Assembly (NCBI RefSeq): GCF_009914755.1
Contig: NC_060932.1
DNA length: 64,000 nucleotides
Reading direction: 5' to 3' (one strand)
Origin: the human T2T-CHM13v2.0 reference genome, Homo sapiens
Both the position numbers and the translations under genes were made by a program. The notes beneath the pieces are model-generated. The model saw only the letters and a list, made by a program, of their open reading frames with translations, searched no databases and had not been told where the DNA came from. Positions 28,886 through 42,477 of this stretch are shown one piece after another. The first letter of the stretch is position 1. Each line of letters opens with the position of its first letter.

Positions 28886-30369
28886 AACATGGGTTCCTGT
28901 AGGCATATTCCTGCACTTAAAAGTGCTGAAATGTGGTCTACAAGAGAGGAAAGATTGTGCCCATATTTCTACCTAGACAATGAGGAGGATGGTGGTAAAG
29001 GAGTCAAGACAATATTAAGATTTTAAGTGAAGCAGAGTTGTGAAGAGAATATGCAGGTAGGTGTTAGCTTGTGAAAACAGGTGGCTAGTTCACTGAAAGG
29101 GCTGGGAACAGGCAGGACAGAGGACCACAAAATTAATTTTGGGCAAATCAGTAAATGGATACATAAATAAATACATAAAGAAATTGAAGCATCAATATGG
29201 AGCTATACCTACTTAATAATCACAATGATTTCTTTATTTTTTTATTCCAGCAAGGGCAATAGGTTTGGTCATATTTAAGAGTTCAGTGGGAATAATTTGT
29301 ACAAATTGAAATGCCTCATAAAATGTGAGCTGAGCTACCGCAGCCTTTTCCTGGCTGAGATACTGAGGCATTGTCTCATGGCTCCCCCATCACTAGAATT
29401 CCCAAACACTGTGTGCTAATTGCATTGGCTGAATAGTATAACATTTAATTTGTTATAACCTGCCAGAGGCCACTTAATAAACCTAATATGTCAGCTTCAG
29501 GTTTGGGAACAATTAAGAGAAATTTATAGCGTGAAGGCATTTAAGGTCCTGGTAGTAAAGAAGAGAAATGTTTAATGCCAATTTCCTAATTCGTCTTTCA
29601 GAAGCCAAAAAGGGATTGTTAGATTTTAAACATGTTAATATAACAGTGTTTGTTATATGGAAAAAAATAAGGCAAAATGTTTATATCATGATGTCATAGA
29701 CTTACCCTTCCTTTCTCTGTCTTGCAAGGATTTATGGAGCTCCATGTTATCAGACCTCCGTCTTTGGTGTTTTGAAAGCAAAGATGAGAATCTCTCTCTT
29801 GAAAGAGTCACGGCCTACTGGGAGGATGCTCACAACAAACATTTGCTAATGTAACATTATGGGTGTTAATCTCAGCGGAACAGAAAAGAGAAGGAAGGAG
29901 CTATACTACTTGAATTAGAATTGTAGAACTTACCCATTCAGATGAGCATTGTTCTTCAAAATAATAACTTTGAAAAAATTATGTACTTCCCACTCATGTT
30001 CTAATTACTTAAAATAGTTTAGAGACTTTGCTCTTGGCGTTATCTTCAGAAAATATTTGTAAGTTATAAAAAATTATTTGATGATTTTCTTCTATTTTTA
30101 TCAAATTATAATAACTAGCTCAGTTTTTTTTAGTAAGTGGCTAAATAGATGCCCCATGAAACATACTTCTGTAGTCAAATAAGTTTAAGAAAATCTACTC
30201 ATGCTCTTCCCTCATTTGATATACATTAACAGATCCAATCTCTAAGAAGCGCTACAGCAAACTTAAAACTGAACTTTGTAGACCAGTGCTTCTGCAACTT
30301 ACTCTATTTCATAAACTCTAAGATGTCATCTATTATAAGATGCACCATACATTTATGTACCCCCCCTCC

Positions 30370-30727
<358 letters not shown>

Positions 30728-31100
30728 TAAAGTTTTTTTTTTAATTTTTAGACTTATTGAAATAATTCTTTGCATATCACTTAGACAAATATTTTATTAT
30801 ATAGTATTCTTGAGGATATATCTACACATATATGTGTAAATATATACATATGTCATTTAAGATATTTCTAAAACTTTGTAAACAGACAATATCCACTCTT
30901 CTGAATGACTTTTTGCCCCAGAGCTGCTGATATCCATGCTTTTTCACCAACATCCCTATCTGTACCATGGAGAATATTGGTGACGCAGCTTTTTAAAATG
31001 TCTTTCACTATTGTCTCCATGATTTTTATCCAAGCCACTGACACCTATTCGGCAAGCATTGATTTATTTGTGTAGGGAAAACAAGTGCATCAAAACCACC

Positions 31101-31690
31101 ACCTATTCATAGTAGCCAAGATTTGAAAGCAACCGAAGTGTTCATCAACAGATGAATAGTTAAAGAAAACCTGGTACATATACACAATGGAGTACTAGTC
31201 AGCCATAAAAAATGAGGTCCTGTCATTTGCAATAACATGGATGGAACTGGAGGTCACTAAGTTAAGCAAAATAAGTCAGTCACAGAAAGATAAACATATG
31301 TTCTAACTTACTTGTGGACTCTATAAATCAAAACAATTGAACTTAAGGACATAGAGAGTAGAAGGTTGGTTACCAGAGACTGGAAAGGGTAGTGTGGGGT
31401 TGGGGTGGGAATGGTTAATGGGTAAAAAAAAATAAGACCTACTATTTGAATAGCACAACAGGGTCACTATAGTCAATAATAATGTAATCACACATTTTAA
31501 AATAACTAAAAGAATATCACTGGACTGTTTGTAACACAAAGGATAAATGCTTGAGGGTATGGATGCTCCATTTTCCATGATGTAGTTACTATGCATTGCA
31601 TGCCTGTAACAAAACATCTCATGTACCCTGTAAATATATATACCTGCAATGTACCCACAAAAATTAAAAATTTAAAAATTTAAAAACAGA
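31101..31690 (+). mobile_element. L1MA (MA2-like) 3' end
   Basis: GTTTGTAACACAAAGGATAAATGCTTGAGG...ATGTACCCACAAAAATTAAAAA. Confidence 0.92.
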
Positions 31691-31984
31691 GAAAAATCAC
31701 CTGATAGTGACAGTAAGGTGCATTTTAATTGTAGACATGTTAAAATTTGAAGTAAAAACAATTTGTTACAGGACCAGTGAAAAGGATTATATCCTCACAA
31801 GATCCTTGTTCATAAATCCAATGGAGCGGGGTTTTATTGGGAGCCTTTGAGAAAGCTGATCTATCCTGCTTGATCAAAGTTGGACTAAAGCTAATGATAG
31901 CCAATCTCCTATAAAATAATGATTTAATCACTGCATATCATAGCAACATTAAACTCAGGGAGCTCAAAACGAAGTTCCTGGAAG

Positions 31985-32252
31985 ACAGTATACTGCAGTG
32001 GTTGTGAGTACAAAATCTGCAGCTAGTTGGTCTCAATTTGTATTCTTGCTTGCCCGCTTATTAGCTGTAAGAACATGGGCACATTACTTAACCTCTCCAT
32101 GTGTCAGTTTCTCATCTCTAAAGTGGGGAGACTAAGGACACCTACCACATAGTGTTATTCTGAGGCTTTACATTAAACAGAAAAAAAAAGGCTACTAAAG
32201 CTCTTCGCATGGTCACTGCCTGTAGTCAACACGCTTTAGCTATTGTTATTAT
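31985..32252 (+). mobile_element. MIR
   Basis: ACTTAACCTCTCCATGTGTCAGTTTCTCATCT..AAAGTGGGG. Confidence 0.85.
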
Positions 32253-32805
32253 TTTCTCAGGCATTCATGACAAGCAACCACCTTTCTCAATTTAGCTCTG
32301 AAAGAAGCTTGGTTATTTCTGAAAATTACAATGACTCCTAGAGGGTTAATAATTTATCACGTGAAAAGGTTCTCAGCAATATGCTACAGGGTCTGATAAT
32401 AATTAATGAAGTGCGGCCGTTTAAAAAATACTTTTGGCAATGACGGCATTATCAAAATAAGCACATGGCCTCCCACATGCCTATTATGAAAGTGACTAGA
32501 TTCATTTGCAAATAGCAGTGTGATTACTACCATATCTCTTTGCACTGTAGGTAAATTGTATAGAAACTTGTTTTCTGTCTTCTGCATTCCATCTTTCTCG
32601 CCTCCCAGGTCCAATCCATTTGAAAGTCTTATGAAAGACAGTATGAAATACAATGGAAAACATGTTTTTTTTTCACTTCCTAAATGTGTAATTTGGGCAA
32701 TCTAATTAATCTTTCTGGGCCCTGATTTTATCTATGAAATATGGATACTACAAATACCCACATCACAGAGTTGTTATTACTACTGGCATTGGTATTACTA
32801 TCATG

Positions 32806-33270
32806 GTATTATTTTCTATTGAAGCTGTAACAAATTATCACAAACTTTGCAGCTTAAAAAAACACAAATGTACTATACTACTGTTCTGGAGGTCTAAAGT
32901 ACAAACTGAATCTCACTAGGCCAAAATCAAGGTGTCAGCAACACTGGGTTCCTTCTGACAGTTCTAGGGCAGAATCTGTTTCCTCGCCTTTTCCAGTTTC
33001 TAAAGGCTGCCTACATTCCTTAGTTTGTTGCTACTTCCTCCATCTTCAAAGCCAGCAATGCATCACCATACCCCTCTGACACTTCTTCTCTTGCCTCCCT
33101 CTTTTCCTCATAAGGACCCCTGCAATTACATTGGACCCACTGGAATAATTTCCTCATTGCGAGGTCAGTTGATTATCAAACTCAATGCTTCCTTTTTATA
33201 TAACAACATATTCACAAGTTCCAGAGATTGAGACGTGGACATCTTTAGAGGGCCATTATTCCGCCTATCA
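32806..33270 (-). mobile_element. MLT1D-like LTR
   Basis: GCTGTAACAAATTATCACAAAC...CCATCTTCAAAGCCAGCAA...GGCCATTATTCCGCCTATCA. Confidence 0.88.
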
Positions 33271-33284
33271 TCCTCATTCTAACA

Positions 33285-33858
33285 ATTAGGTGTTGCTGCA
33301 TAACACATTACCCCAAAAGGTAGTAGCTTAAGGTAACATTTATCATCTCACAGTTTCTCTGGGTCAGAAATTTGGTTGCAACTTAACTGGGTCCTCTGAT
33401 TCAGAGCCTTTCATAGGTAGCAACCAAGGTGTCCATTGGCTCTTCAGTCATCTCAAAGCTTGACTGTGGGGGAATGGAGAGAGATCTACTCCCAAGCTCA
33501 CTCATGTGATTGTAGGCAGAATTCAGTTTTTCCTGGGCCTTTAGCCAGAGATCTCCCCACTAGGTTCCTTGCCATGTGGGGCCTCTCCCACAGAAGATCT
33601 CACAACATGGCAGCTGGCCTCATCAGAATGAGCAAGCAAGACAAGAGAGAGTGAGAGACTACTAAGAGAACGTACAAAGTCACAGTATTTTGCAATAAAA
33701 CCTTGGAAATGACACTCCATTACCTTTGCCCTATTTTATTCACTAGAAGCAAGTTCACTAGGTCCAGCCTGTACTCAAAGGGAAGGGGCTGCACAACTGC
33801 ATAAACACCAGCAGGCAAAAATTGTTGGAAGCCATCTTAGAAGCCAGCCCACTACACT
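33285..33858 (-). mobile_element. MLT1 (E/F/G-like) LTR
   Basis: ATCTCACAGTTTCTCTGGGTCAG...CACAACATGGCAGCTGGC...GCCATCTTAGAAG. Confidence 0.82.
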
Positions 33859-34309
33859 TGCTATGATTATTGTTCCAGTGATATCTATCCTCTTCAATTC
33901 CTAACATTTTAGCCCAACCCTTTACCAACTTAATATATCAGAGTATTAGGGATGGAGCCTCTGTGATTTTATTGTGCATCGCCTAGAGCCACAGCTCTTT
34001 ACTGTGCCACTACAATAGTAATTTATTTGTGATGCACCATGATTGAGTCATTCTTTATTCAAAATCCCTTCACAACATTTTGTGTCATTTGTATTAGAAA
34101 GTACAAGCTCCATATTCACTTAGAAGTGCCTCTCTAATGAATACCTGCCTCTCCAACTTTGCTTCCAGCTGTCTCCACCTCCCTCACAGTATGGGCTCTT
34201 TTAATGCTTCACGGTTCACATCCTTCCTAAGCACTGGGCTGCTTTTCACTTCTGTGCCTTCGCCAATGCTGTGTTCACCCATCTACTCCAAGCAACCCCT
34301 ACAACATAC

Positions 34310-35800
34310 CTACTTTTTAAAAAGTTGTATTTCTTGGACAAATCCAAAGTAATGTTTATACAATGTTTATAAACATGTTTATAAAAGCAGTGTAAAGTAT
34401 AATGAATCACAATAAAACAAACAGCTATGAACCCACAAATTAGCTTAAGGAAAGAATATTGTCTTTAACTTTGAAGTTTCCTGTGTGTCCCTCCTTATGT
34501 TCCATCCCTTTCTCTCCTTCACAAAAGTAATCACAATCCTAAATTTTATATTTACAATTCTCTTGCATTTATTTAAAATTGTAACATGTATGTTTGCATA
34601 CCTAAATAAAAATATTGTTTAGTTGTGTATGTTGCATGGAACTGTACAGTTATTAGAGCCATATTGTTCCCTGTAGCTGAAATGCAGCCATTTTTACCTT
34701 TTTATAGCAATCGGTTTTATGAACACGTCTTAATTTGTTTATCCACTCTCTGATTAGATGTGATCTACTCTCAGTGCTTCTACTATTAATGACATTGTTA
34801 CTATAAAATTATTATCTATGCCCATTGGTACACATGTGAAAATGTTTTTCTGGAGTATACACTTAGGAATGGATTTGTTGGCTTATTAGTATGTGATGTT
34901 CAAATTTACTAGATACCAAAGGTTTTCCCAACATGTTTGAAGCAATATACACACCTGCTAGCAGTATATGAAAGTTCTTGCTGTTCCATATTCTTGCCAT
35001 TACATCATATTGTTAGACTCTAAAAACTTTTTGCCAATATGGTAGATGCTAGTAGTTGCTCGTTGTGGCTTCAATTTGCATTGACCTAATCACTAATAAG
35101 TGGAAGAACTTTCCCCATGCTTGTTGACCATTCAGGTTGCTTCTTCTGCAAAGTGCAATCTGACTTGTTGTCTCATTTTCTTATAAGGTAGTCTTTTTAA
35201 TTTGTAGGAGTTCTTTGTATATTTTGCACCCTAATTATTACATTTTGTAGTTTTTCTTTTATCCTGTTTATGGTGTGTTTTGATAAATAGATGCTCTTAT
35301 GTAAAGGCAGTCAATTTGACTTACACTTTAAATTTTCACTTGCTTTTATATGTCTTCTTTAAGAAGTTGTCCTATTCAAGGTCAGAAAGCTCCTATATTG
35401 TCTTCTGAAAGCTTTAAAGTTTTGACTTCCACATTCAAATTTTTAATCAATTGAGATTATATCTTATGTATGCTGTGAAGTAAAAATTAAATTTCATCGT
35501 TTCCTTCATGGTTAATCAGTTGTTAGAGCATTATTAATGTATTAATTACATAGTCCATCATTTCTATTTATAGCCACTGGTTCATAAATAAAGTTAACAA
35601 TTATTTTTCTTTTTCTGGGCTCTTGATTCTCTTCCATGTGTCAAATTTTCTATCACAGAACTGCATAATTTATTGCAATCATTATATTTTTATAATTATT
35701 TTTGTCTGGCAAGGCAAGTTCTTACTTTTTAAAAAAATTATTCTAATTATTCTTTAAGTTTTGCTTTTCCAAATTTTAGAATTAACTAATCATAGTTGGG
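34310..35800 (-). mobile_element. L1ME-type 3' region
   Basis: Degenerate reverse complement of the ORF2 end and 3'UTR (TCAATTTGCATT, CTAGGAATGG-like); further pieces at 36510-36990 and 39140-39560. Confidence 0.75.
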
Positions 35801-36990
35801 ATTTGAATTGTGGTGTATTCTGAATATTAACTCATGTTTGGAATATCAAGGGTAGGTGATACTGAGAAAAATTACTGAAAACATTCACACAGACATATAC
35901 ACACAGTGCAAAATTTACATTTATTTCCTTCAACACGCTAAGCAGGGAACTAATTAGTGGAGATGGGGCAAAGTTTTAAGCACTACCTTAATAAGATTGG
36001 CCATCTTTCTGCCCCAGCTACTGCTGACTTCCAATAAAGTTACATAGCGGCTTCTAGAAATATTTTTTTCTCTCAGTCTGCACAAGGACTGAAGTCATCT
36101 GATAATCTATGTGTGGTTCTAAAAAAAAAAAAAACTCAGTTCAGCATTTTACAGAGAAACACAGACAGATGTGTATTGTATGCTTAATGGCACTCAGCAG
36201 ACTGTACTTTAGTGACAAAATTTTTACTATGGGACTTGTTTACACTTGCCAGAAGTTAAGTGTGTATGCTCTTTTCTCTCAAATATAAAAAACTTATTTA
36301 TGGTACTTTATTTTTAGGTATAAACTTTTTTAAAATAAATTCTTCTCAAAAATATATTCAAAAAATAGCTTCACATAATCAAGTTTATAACATTTCTTAA
36401 GAAAAACATGCTTATAATTTGTCATAGTGAAGAGAAAATACTTCATTAAAATTTAGGTTTCTGGGGAAAAGGTGTAAGACACCTTTATAAATATTTATAA
36501 AAATTATGTATATAACTGATTAGAATTGTTCTGAATTAATAGAAGAATAGAAGAATTTGGAAAGAATTGTCAACTTTAAGAGATTGAGTCTTTCAATCCA
36601 CGAATATAATATGTCATTGTATCTATTCAGGTACTCTTCAATGTTCTTAATAAAGTTTCATAATTTTTTCCTTAAAGATGTTTTGCATCCTTTGTTAAAT
36701 TTAATCCCCAAATATACTTTGTATATATATCGACACTGTTGTAAATAATACTTTTTTAATTTTCTAACTGGTACTGCTATATAAAATTTTAATTAATTTT
36801 ATATTGATTTTGTACCTAGAAAACTTGCTAAATTCTCTTATAATTGTAGTAATTTTTAATATATTCTTTTGCATTTTCTACAAAGCCAGTCTTATCATAG
36901 AATAGTAATAGGTCATATGTATTGCATATTTATTCCTTCTCTCTTTTTTTCTGTGATCAATCTCGTCAGAAGTTTGTGTATTTTATTAGT

Positions 36991-37876
36991 TGTATTAGTT
37001 TCCTATGTCTGCTGTAAAAAAATACCACAAACCTGGTAGCTTAAAACAACACACATTTATTCTTGTACTGTTCTGGAAGTCAGTAGTGTGCAATGAATCT
37101 CACAGGGTCATGATCCAATTGTTAGCAAGGCTGCATTGCTTCTGGAGGCTCTGGGGGGGATCTATTTCTTGCCTCTTCAGATCCTTGTCAATATATTCCT
37201 TGTCCCCAAGATCTGCCATTGGCAAGTTAGAAACCCAAAAGAGCTGATGGTGTAGCTCCAGCTCAAGTTCAAATGCCTAAGAACCAAAGTAGTTGGTGGT
37301 GTAACTTATAATATAATCCTGGCAGGATCGAGACCCAAGAATAATCAATGTTTTGGTTTGAAACAAGCAGGAAAAGACCAATGTCCCTGCTCACTTAGGT
37401 AGAGGACGTTCCCTCTAACTCAGCGTTTTTGTTCTATTTAGGTCTTCAACTGATTGGATGAAGCTCACCTACATTGAGAGGCGTAATCGTCTTTACTCAA
37501 CTTACCAATTCATATGTTAATCTCATCCAGAAACACTCTGACAGACACATCAAGAATAATATTTGTGCAAATGTCTGGGTACTCCATGGTGCAGTCAAGT
37601 TGACACATAGAATTAACCATCACACTTGGCTTGTGGCTACATAATGCCAATCTCTGCTGCTCTTGTCACATTGCCTTCTTTCTGTGACATTCTTACCTCC
37701 TCATAGTATCCTGTGATTACATTTTAGACACAACCAAATAATTCAGGATAATCTCCCATTATCAAAATTCTTAACTTGTATCTGCAAAGTCTCTTTTGCC
37801 ACAGAAGGTAAAATTCACAGATCTCAGGGATTAGGGCATGGATACATTTGGGGAAGGGGTTGTTCAACCTACCCCA
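36991..37876 (-). mobile_element. MLT1B/C-like LTR interrupted by MLT2
   Basis: TGTATTAGTTTCCTATG start; resumes at CTTGGCTTGTGGC (37625); ends TTCAACCTACCCCA. Confidence 0.85.
37200..37624 (-). mobile_element. MLT2B-like (ERVL) LTR, partial
   Basis: TTCAACTGATTGGATGA...CAGTCAAGTTGACACATAGAATTAACCATCACA. Confidence 0.9.
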
Positions 37877-37912
37877 TTTCAGAACCACCTTTTGAGTCTG
37901 ATGATACTTTCT

Positions 37913-39115
37913 CTTTTTTTATTATTATTATGCTTTAAATTCTAGGGTACACATACACAACGTGCAGGTTTGTTACATAGGTATACATCTGCCATGTTGG
38001 TTAGATGCACCCATAAACTCGTCATTTACATTAGGTATTTCTCCTAATACTATCCCTCCCCCAGACCCCCACCCCCTAACAGGCCCTGTTGTGCGATGTT
38101 CCCCTCCTTGTGTCCATATGTTCTCATTGTTCAACTCCCACTTATGAGTGAGACCATGCAGTGTTTGGTTTTCTGTCCTGGTGATATTTTGCTGAGAATG
38201 ATGGTTTCTAGCTTCATCCATGTCCCCTCAAAGGACATGAACTCATCCTTTTTTATGGCTGCATAGTATTCCATGGTGTATATTTGCCACATTTTCTTTA
38301 TTCAGTCTATTATTGATGGACTTTTTGGTTGGTTCCAAGTCTTTGCTATTGTGAATAGTGCTGCAAGAAACATACATGTGCGTGTGTCTTTATAGTAGCA
38401 TGATTTATAGTCCTTTGGGTGTATACCCAGTAATGGGATTGCTGGGTCAAATGGTATTCCTAGTTCTAGATCCTTGAGGAATCGCCACACTGTCTTCCAC
38501 AATGGTTGAACTAATTTACACTCCCACCAACAGTGTAAAAGCGTTCCTATTTCTCCACATCCTCTCCAGCATCTGTTGTTTCCTGACTTTTTAATGATCG
38601 CCATTCTAACTGGTGTGAGATGGTATCTCATTGTGGTTTTGATTTGCATTTCTCTGATGACCAGTGATGATGAGCATTTTTTCATATGTCTGTTGGCTGC
38701 ATAAATGTCTTCTTTTGAGAAGTGTCTGTTCATATCCTTTGCCCACTTTTTGATGGGGTTGTTTGTTTTTTCTTGTAAATTTGTTTAAGTTCTTTGTAGA
38801 TTCTGGATGTTAGCCCTTTGTCAGATGGATAGATTGCAAAAATTTTCTCCCATTCTGTAGGTTGTCTGTTCACTCTGATGATAGTTTCTTTGCTGTGCAG
38901 AAGCTCTTTAGTTTAATTAGGTCCCATTTGTCTATTTTGGCTTTTGTTGCCATTGCTTTTGGTGTTTTAGTCATGAAGTCTTTGCCCATGCCTGTGTCCT
39001 GAATGGTATTGCCTAGGTTTTCTTCTAGGGTTATTATGGTTTTAGGTCTTACATTTAAGTCTTTAATCCATCTTGAGCGAATTTTTGTATAAGGTGTAAG
39101 GAAGGGATCTAGTTT
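37913..39115 (-). mobile_element. L1PA (roughly PA5-7), 5'-truncated 1.2 kb
   Basis: 3'UTR plus ORF2p C-terminus (ORFs 38302-38733 with [18 protein letters not shown], and 38870-39130); TSD TGAGTCTG(A/C)TGA(T/C)ACTTTCT. Confidence 0.97.
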
Positions 39116-39580
39116 TGAGTCTGCTGACACTTTCTACCTTTGTTTTCATTATTGCTTCCCTTTGGGTGTTATTGATTCCCTGTTTGCTTTAGTTGGAATG
39201 TGAAGTTTATCAGCATTTTTTCCATTTCTGATATTAGAATTGAGAGTTATACATTTTTCTCCAAATACTTCTTTGGGTGCATTCCACAAGTTTTAGTATA
39301 TAAAATTTGTACTATTATCTAACTCTAATTATTTTAAATTTGCCTTTGTGATTTCTTCTTTGACCTATGAGTAATTAATAAGTGTTTTTAAATTTCCAAA
39401 CATATGAGAATTTTCAAGTTTCCTTTTCGTATTGAGCCTACCCTAAATGCATTATGTGATCTATAGGATATTAATTATTTTACATTGATTGAGAACTGGT
39501 TTATGGCACTATGTGACAAATTTTTATGTAAGACCAATGAGTACAATGTTCTGTACATACAAGATCTACTCTAATCCTAC

Positions 39581-40187
39581 TGATGCAGGATTTCTTTTCT
39601 CCATCACTTTGCAGGCCAGAGACCCTTGGCTGGTGACAACCCACCTGGGCCTCGCTCAGCCACACTGGTATGCCCCAGTGTTATAGCCTGTACCCACAAT
39701 CAGCAGTTCCCAAGCTCTTGTACTGCACCCAAGAAGAATGAGGATATGGTGAACATTGAAGTGTGAGGAGGGTGGCCTGAATTTTATTGAGCGATGGAAC
39801 AGCTCTCAGCAGAGGGGATGCAGTGGGGCGATTCCGCTACCGGAAGGTGGGCAAGTCTCCCATGTGGCTGGGTCCAGGGTGTTTTGTGGACTCAGAATGG
39901 GGAGTGCATGCTGACTGGCTTATAAGTATGCAAAGTGAAGACATCACCCAAAGGTGAGTATGGCAGTGTAGAAAACCAATTAGGAAAGGGTATATACATG
40001 TAAAATAGGTGAAGGGTGGAGATCAATCAGAGGAAAGTGCACCAAACAGGAAGACAAGTACTCAATCCAGTCCAAGGATTTAACCTGTAGCTTAGCTTTT
40101 AGGCTTTAAATTGTCTTTGGCTTGGAGGTAGGGTTTCACCGGCGACCAGTCTCTGCCAAGGCATTTGGCTGCTTCCTGTTGCTCTCA
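39581..40187 (-). mobile_element. ERV1 solo LTR, MER61/LTR27-like
   Basis: TG...CA termini, perfect 4-bp TSD CTAC (39577, 40188), homologous to the 2695-3472 LTR. Confidence 0.9.
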
Positions 40188-40199
40188 CTACTCCCACTT

Positions 40200-40490
40200 C
40201 TAATCCTACTTATCATTATTCAGTTGGTTTAGATTTTTCTCTCCCAAGAAGCCTCCCCTGACTCCTGGGCTAAGTGTTCCCTTGTGTTCTTCCATTGTGC
40301 TCCAGGTATAACGAAGCAAAACATTTTTCAATACTGTAGCGCTGTCTCCTTCATTTAATCTCCTACAAGTTCATAAGATGCTCAAGGATAAGAAGTAGAT
40401 TTTATTCGTGTTTGTCTTTTCTGTTCCCAGCACTTTATTTGCTATATAGGTACTTGGTAAATAGTTATCAACCTAAACAACCAAATGAAG
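40200..40490 (+). mobile_element. L2 3' end
   Basis: GAAGCCTCCCCTGAC...CCCAGCAC...ATAGGTACTTGGTAAATA. Confidence 0.7.
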
Positions 40491-41714
40491 CAAATTTTTT
40501 AAAAAGCTTCCCTGTCCCGCTCTCCTCTTTCATGTAAGCAATACTTATTGCACTCTAGGAATAATGCCAATCTGCCACAATAAAATTAGTGGAAAGCAGT
40601 GCAAATTTTCTTCTGTATTAAAAAAATACCAAGGGGGAAATCAGTATTTTATCTAAAAGTGTTACTTACCAAGGCAAAAGTGCTTATTTATCAAAGTCAT
40701 ATGCAGGTCAATGAAATGAGAACATGCAGCCACTGAATTTAATTTTTGACTCTTGATAAGTGCATATGCCTTAATTCTGCTGAAATTACAATGCTGCATG
40801 AACATATAGGTAAACTACAACGGAGATTACCTGTATGGAATCTAGGATATTATTAAGAAATAATAATGTTCATGTATTTGAAACAAAGAAAATTCTAACT
40901 TGAACTCGTTGTAGACTCACAGTCAGAAAAAAAAAAAAAAATTATAAACCTTCTAGCCTAGCCCAATTCTTACATACCTTTACTAAGATCCAAGGTAAAA
41001 AATGAAGTTTTGGCTTGAACATCTCCACCGATAGAATACTCACTACCTCTAACATTTTTAAGCTCAAAATTATTGCCTGTGAGCGATATGCTACTCTGAT
41101 AGTGAATTAAATAATTCAATTAAATAAAGGAAATAAAGTAACTCATTTTCCTAAAATTCAGTAAAATTCCTCTTTTCCCTATACAAATAAATCTCTCCCT
41201 GCATCGTCTGTTTTTCTCAGTTTTGAGTGTAGAAGTCATCATAGCGTTGTTTATCTGATATAAAAAGTAATCCCCACACCAACTAAACTTTCTATGAAAA
41301 ATGTTAAACTTGGACTATTCAACAGAAGAAAAATCAATTTATTTTACAAAACCTGCAACATTAAAGAATCTCCTAATTTGGAGCATAGCAAGTATTAAAT
41401 AATGCCATCTATTAAACTTAATTTGAATACAGTTAATCATTTTAAATTCCCAAATTTATGGAGAAAATTTTGAAATGTGCTCTCAGTTTAGGACTAGAGA
41501 ATTCTAAAGTACAGGAAAATTTTTGTAATTCAAGGAAGGTTAAGTAATGTCGGAATGCCTTCAAATACAGGAGGTCCTAGAAGTGAAAATGTTCCCGAAG
41601 TGAGGTAAAGACAAGGATGGGGACGCTAGCAGATATAATTGGAAACACCTAGTACTGAGGCCACAAGGGCCATAAATATCCATCCTTTTTCACTGAAAGT
41701 TTTTCCCTCAGTTA

Positions 41715-42165
41715 ATGATGGTTTCATTGCAAAAATGCAAAGTCCATGTTTTCACCTGTCCCTGTAGCCGTAGTCTTTTCTATGTAACTATGCAGTGCCC
41801 TGTCACTCTGACTCTGGGCTAGGCCACATGACTTGCCTTAGACAAAGGAATATTAATAAGTTAATATACACAGAAGTTTGAATAGTGCTTGGGTGTAGAG
41901 ATTCATCTAGCTCTTCCACCTCTGTCTCTTCCATGAGATCATGCCCGGGCTATCTGGCTGGGGGGATGCAAGACATATGGAGCAAAGTCAAGTCTCTCCA
42001 GCCAGCAGCCAGACAACTGCAGATGCCAAAGTCACCATCTAACAGACATGCAAGTGCTTCCAGTTGAGACCACAAAAGCTGTTTGGGCTGAATTACTGAC
42101 TCATAAATTTATGAACTGGTATTTATATGAAATAAATACTTATTTTTTAAGTCAAAGTGTTTTGG
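41715..42165 (+). mobile_element. MLT1 (G/H-like) LTR
   Basis: GACTCTGGGCTAGGCCACATGACTTGC...TTTTAAGTCAAAGTGTTTTGG. Confidence 0.7.
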
Positions 42166-42175
42166 ATTTAATTCT

Positions 42176-42477
<302 letters not shown>

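Noticed and set aside
34351-34386. 20-bp palindrome in an ATGTTTATA mini-tandem (similar AT palindromes near 30815 and 36484)
   Set aside because: Low-complexity AT slippage products with no further structure
38302-38733. 143-aa ORF with a zinc-knuckle-like motif as a gene
   Set aside because: It is the ordinary L1 ORF2p C-terminus in a 5'-truncated, frameshifted L1PA with no promoter
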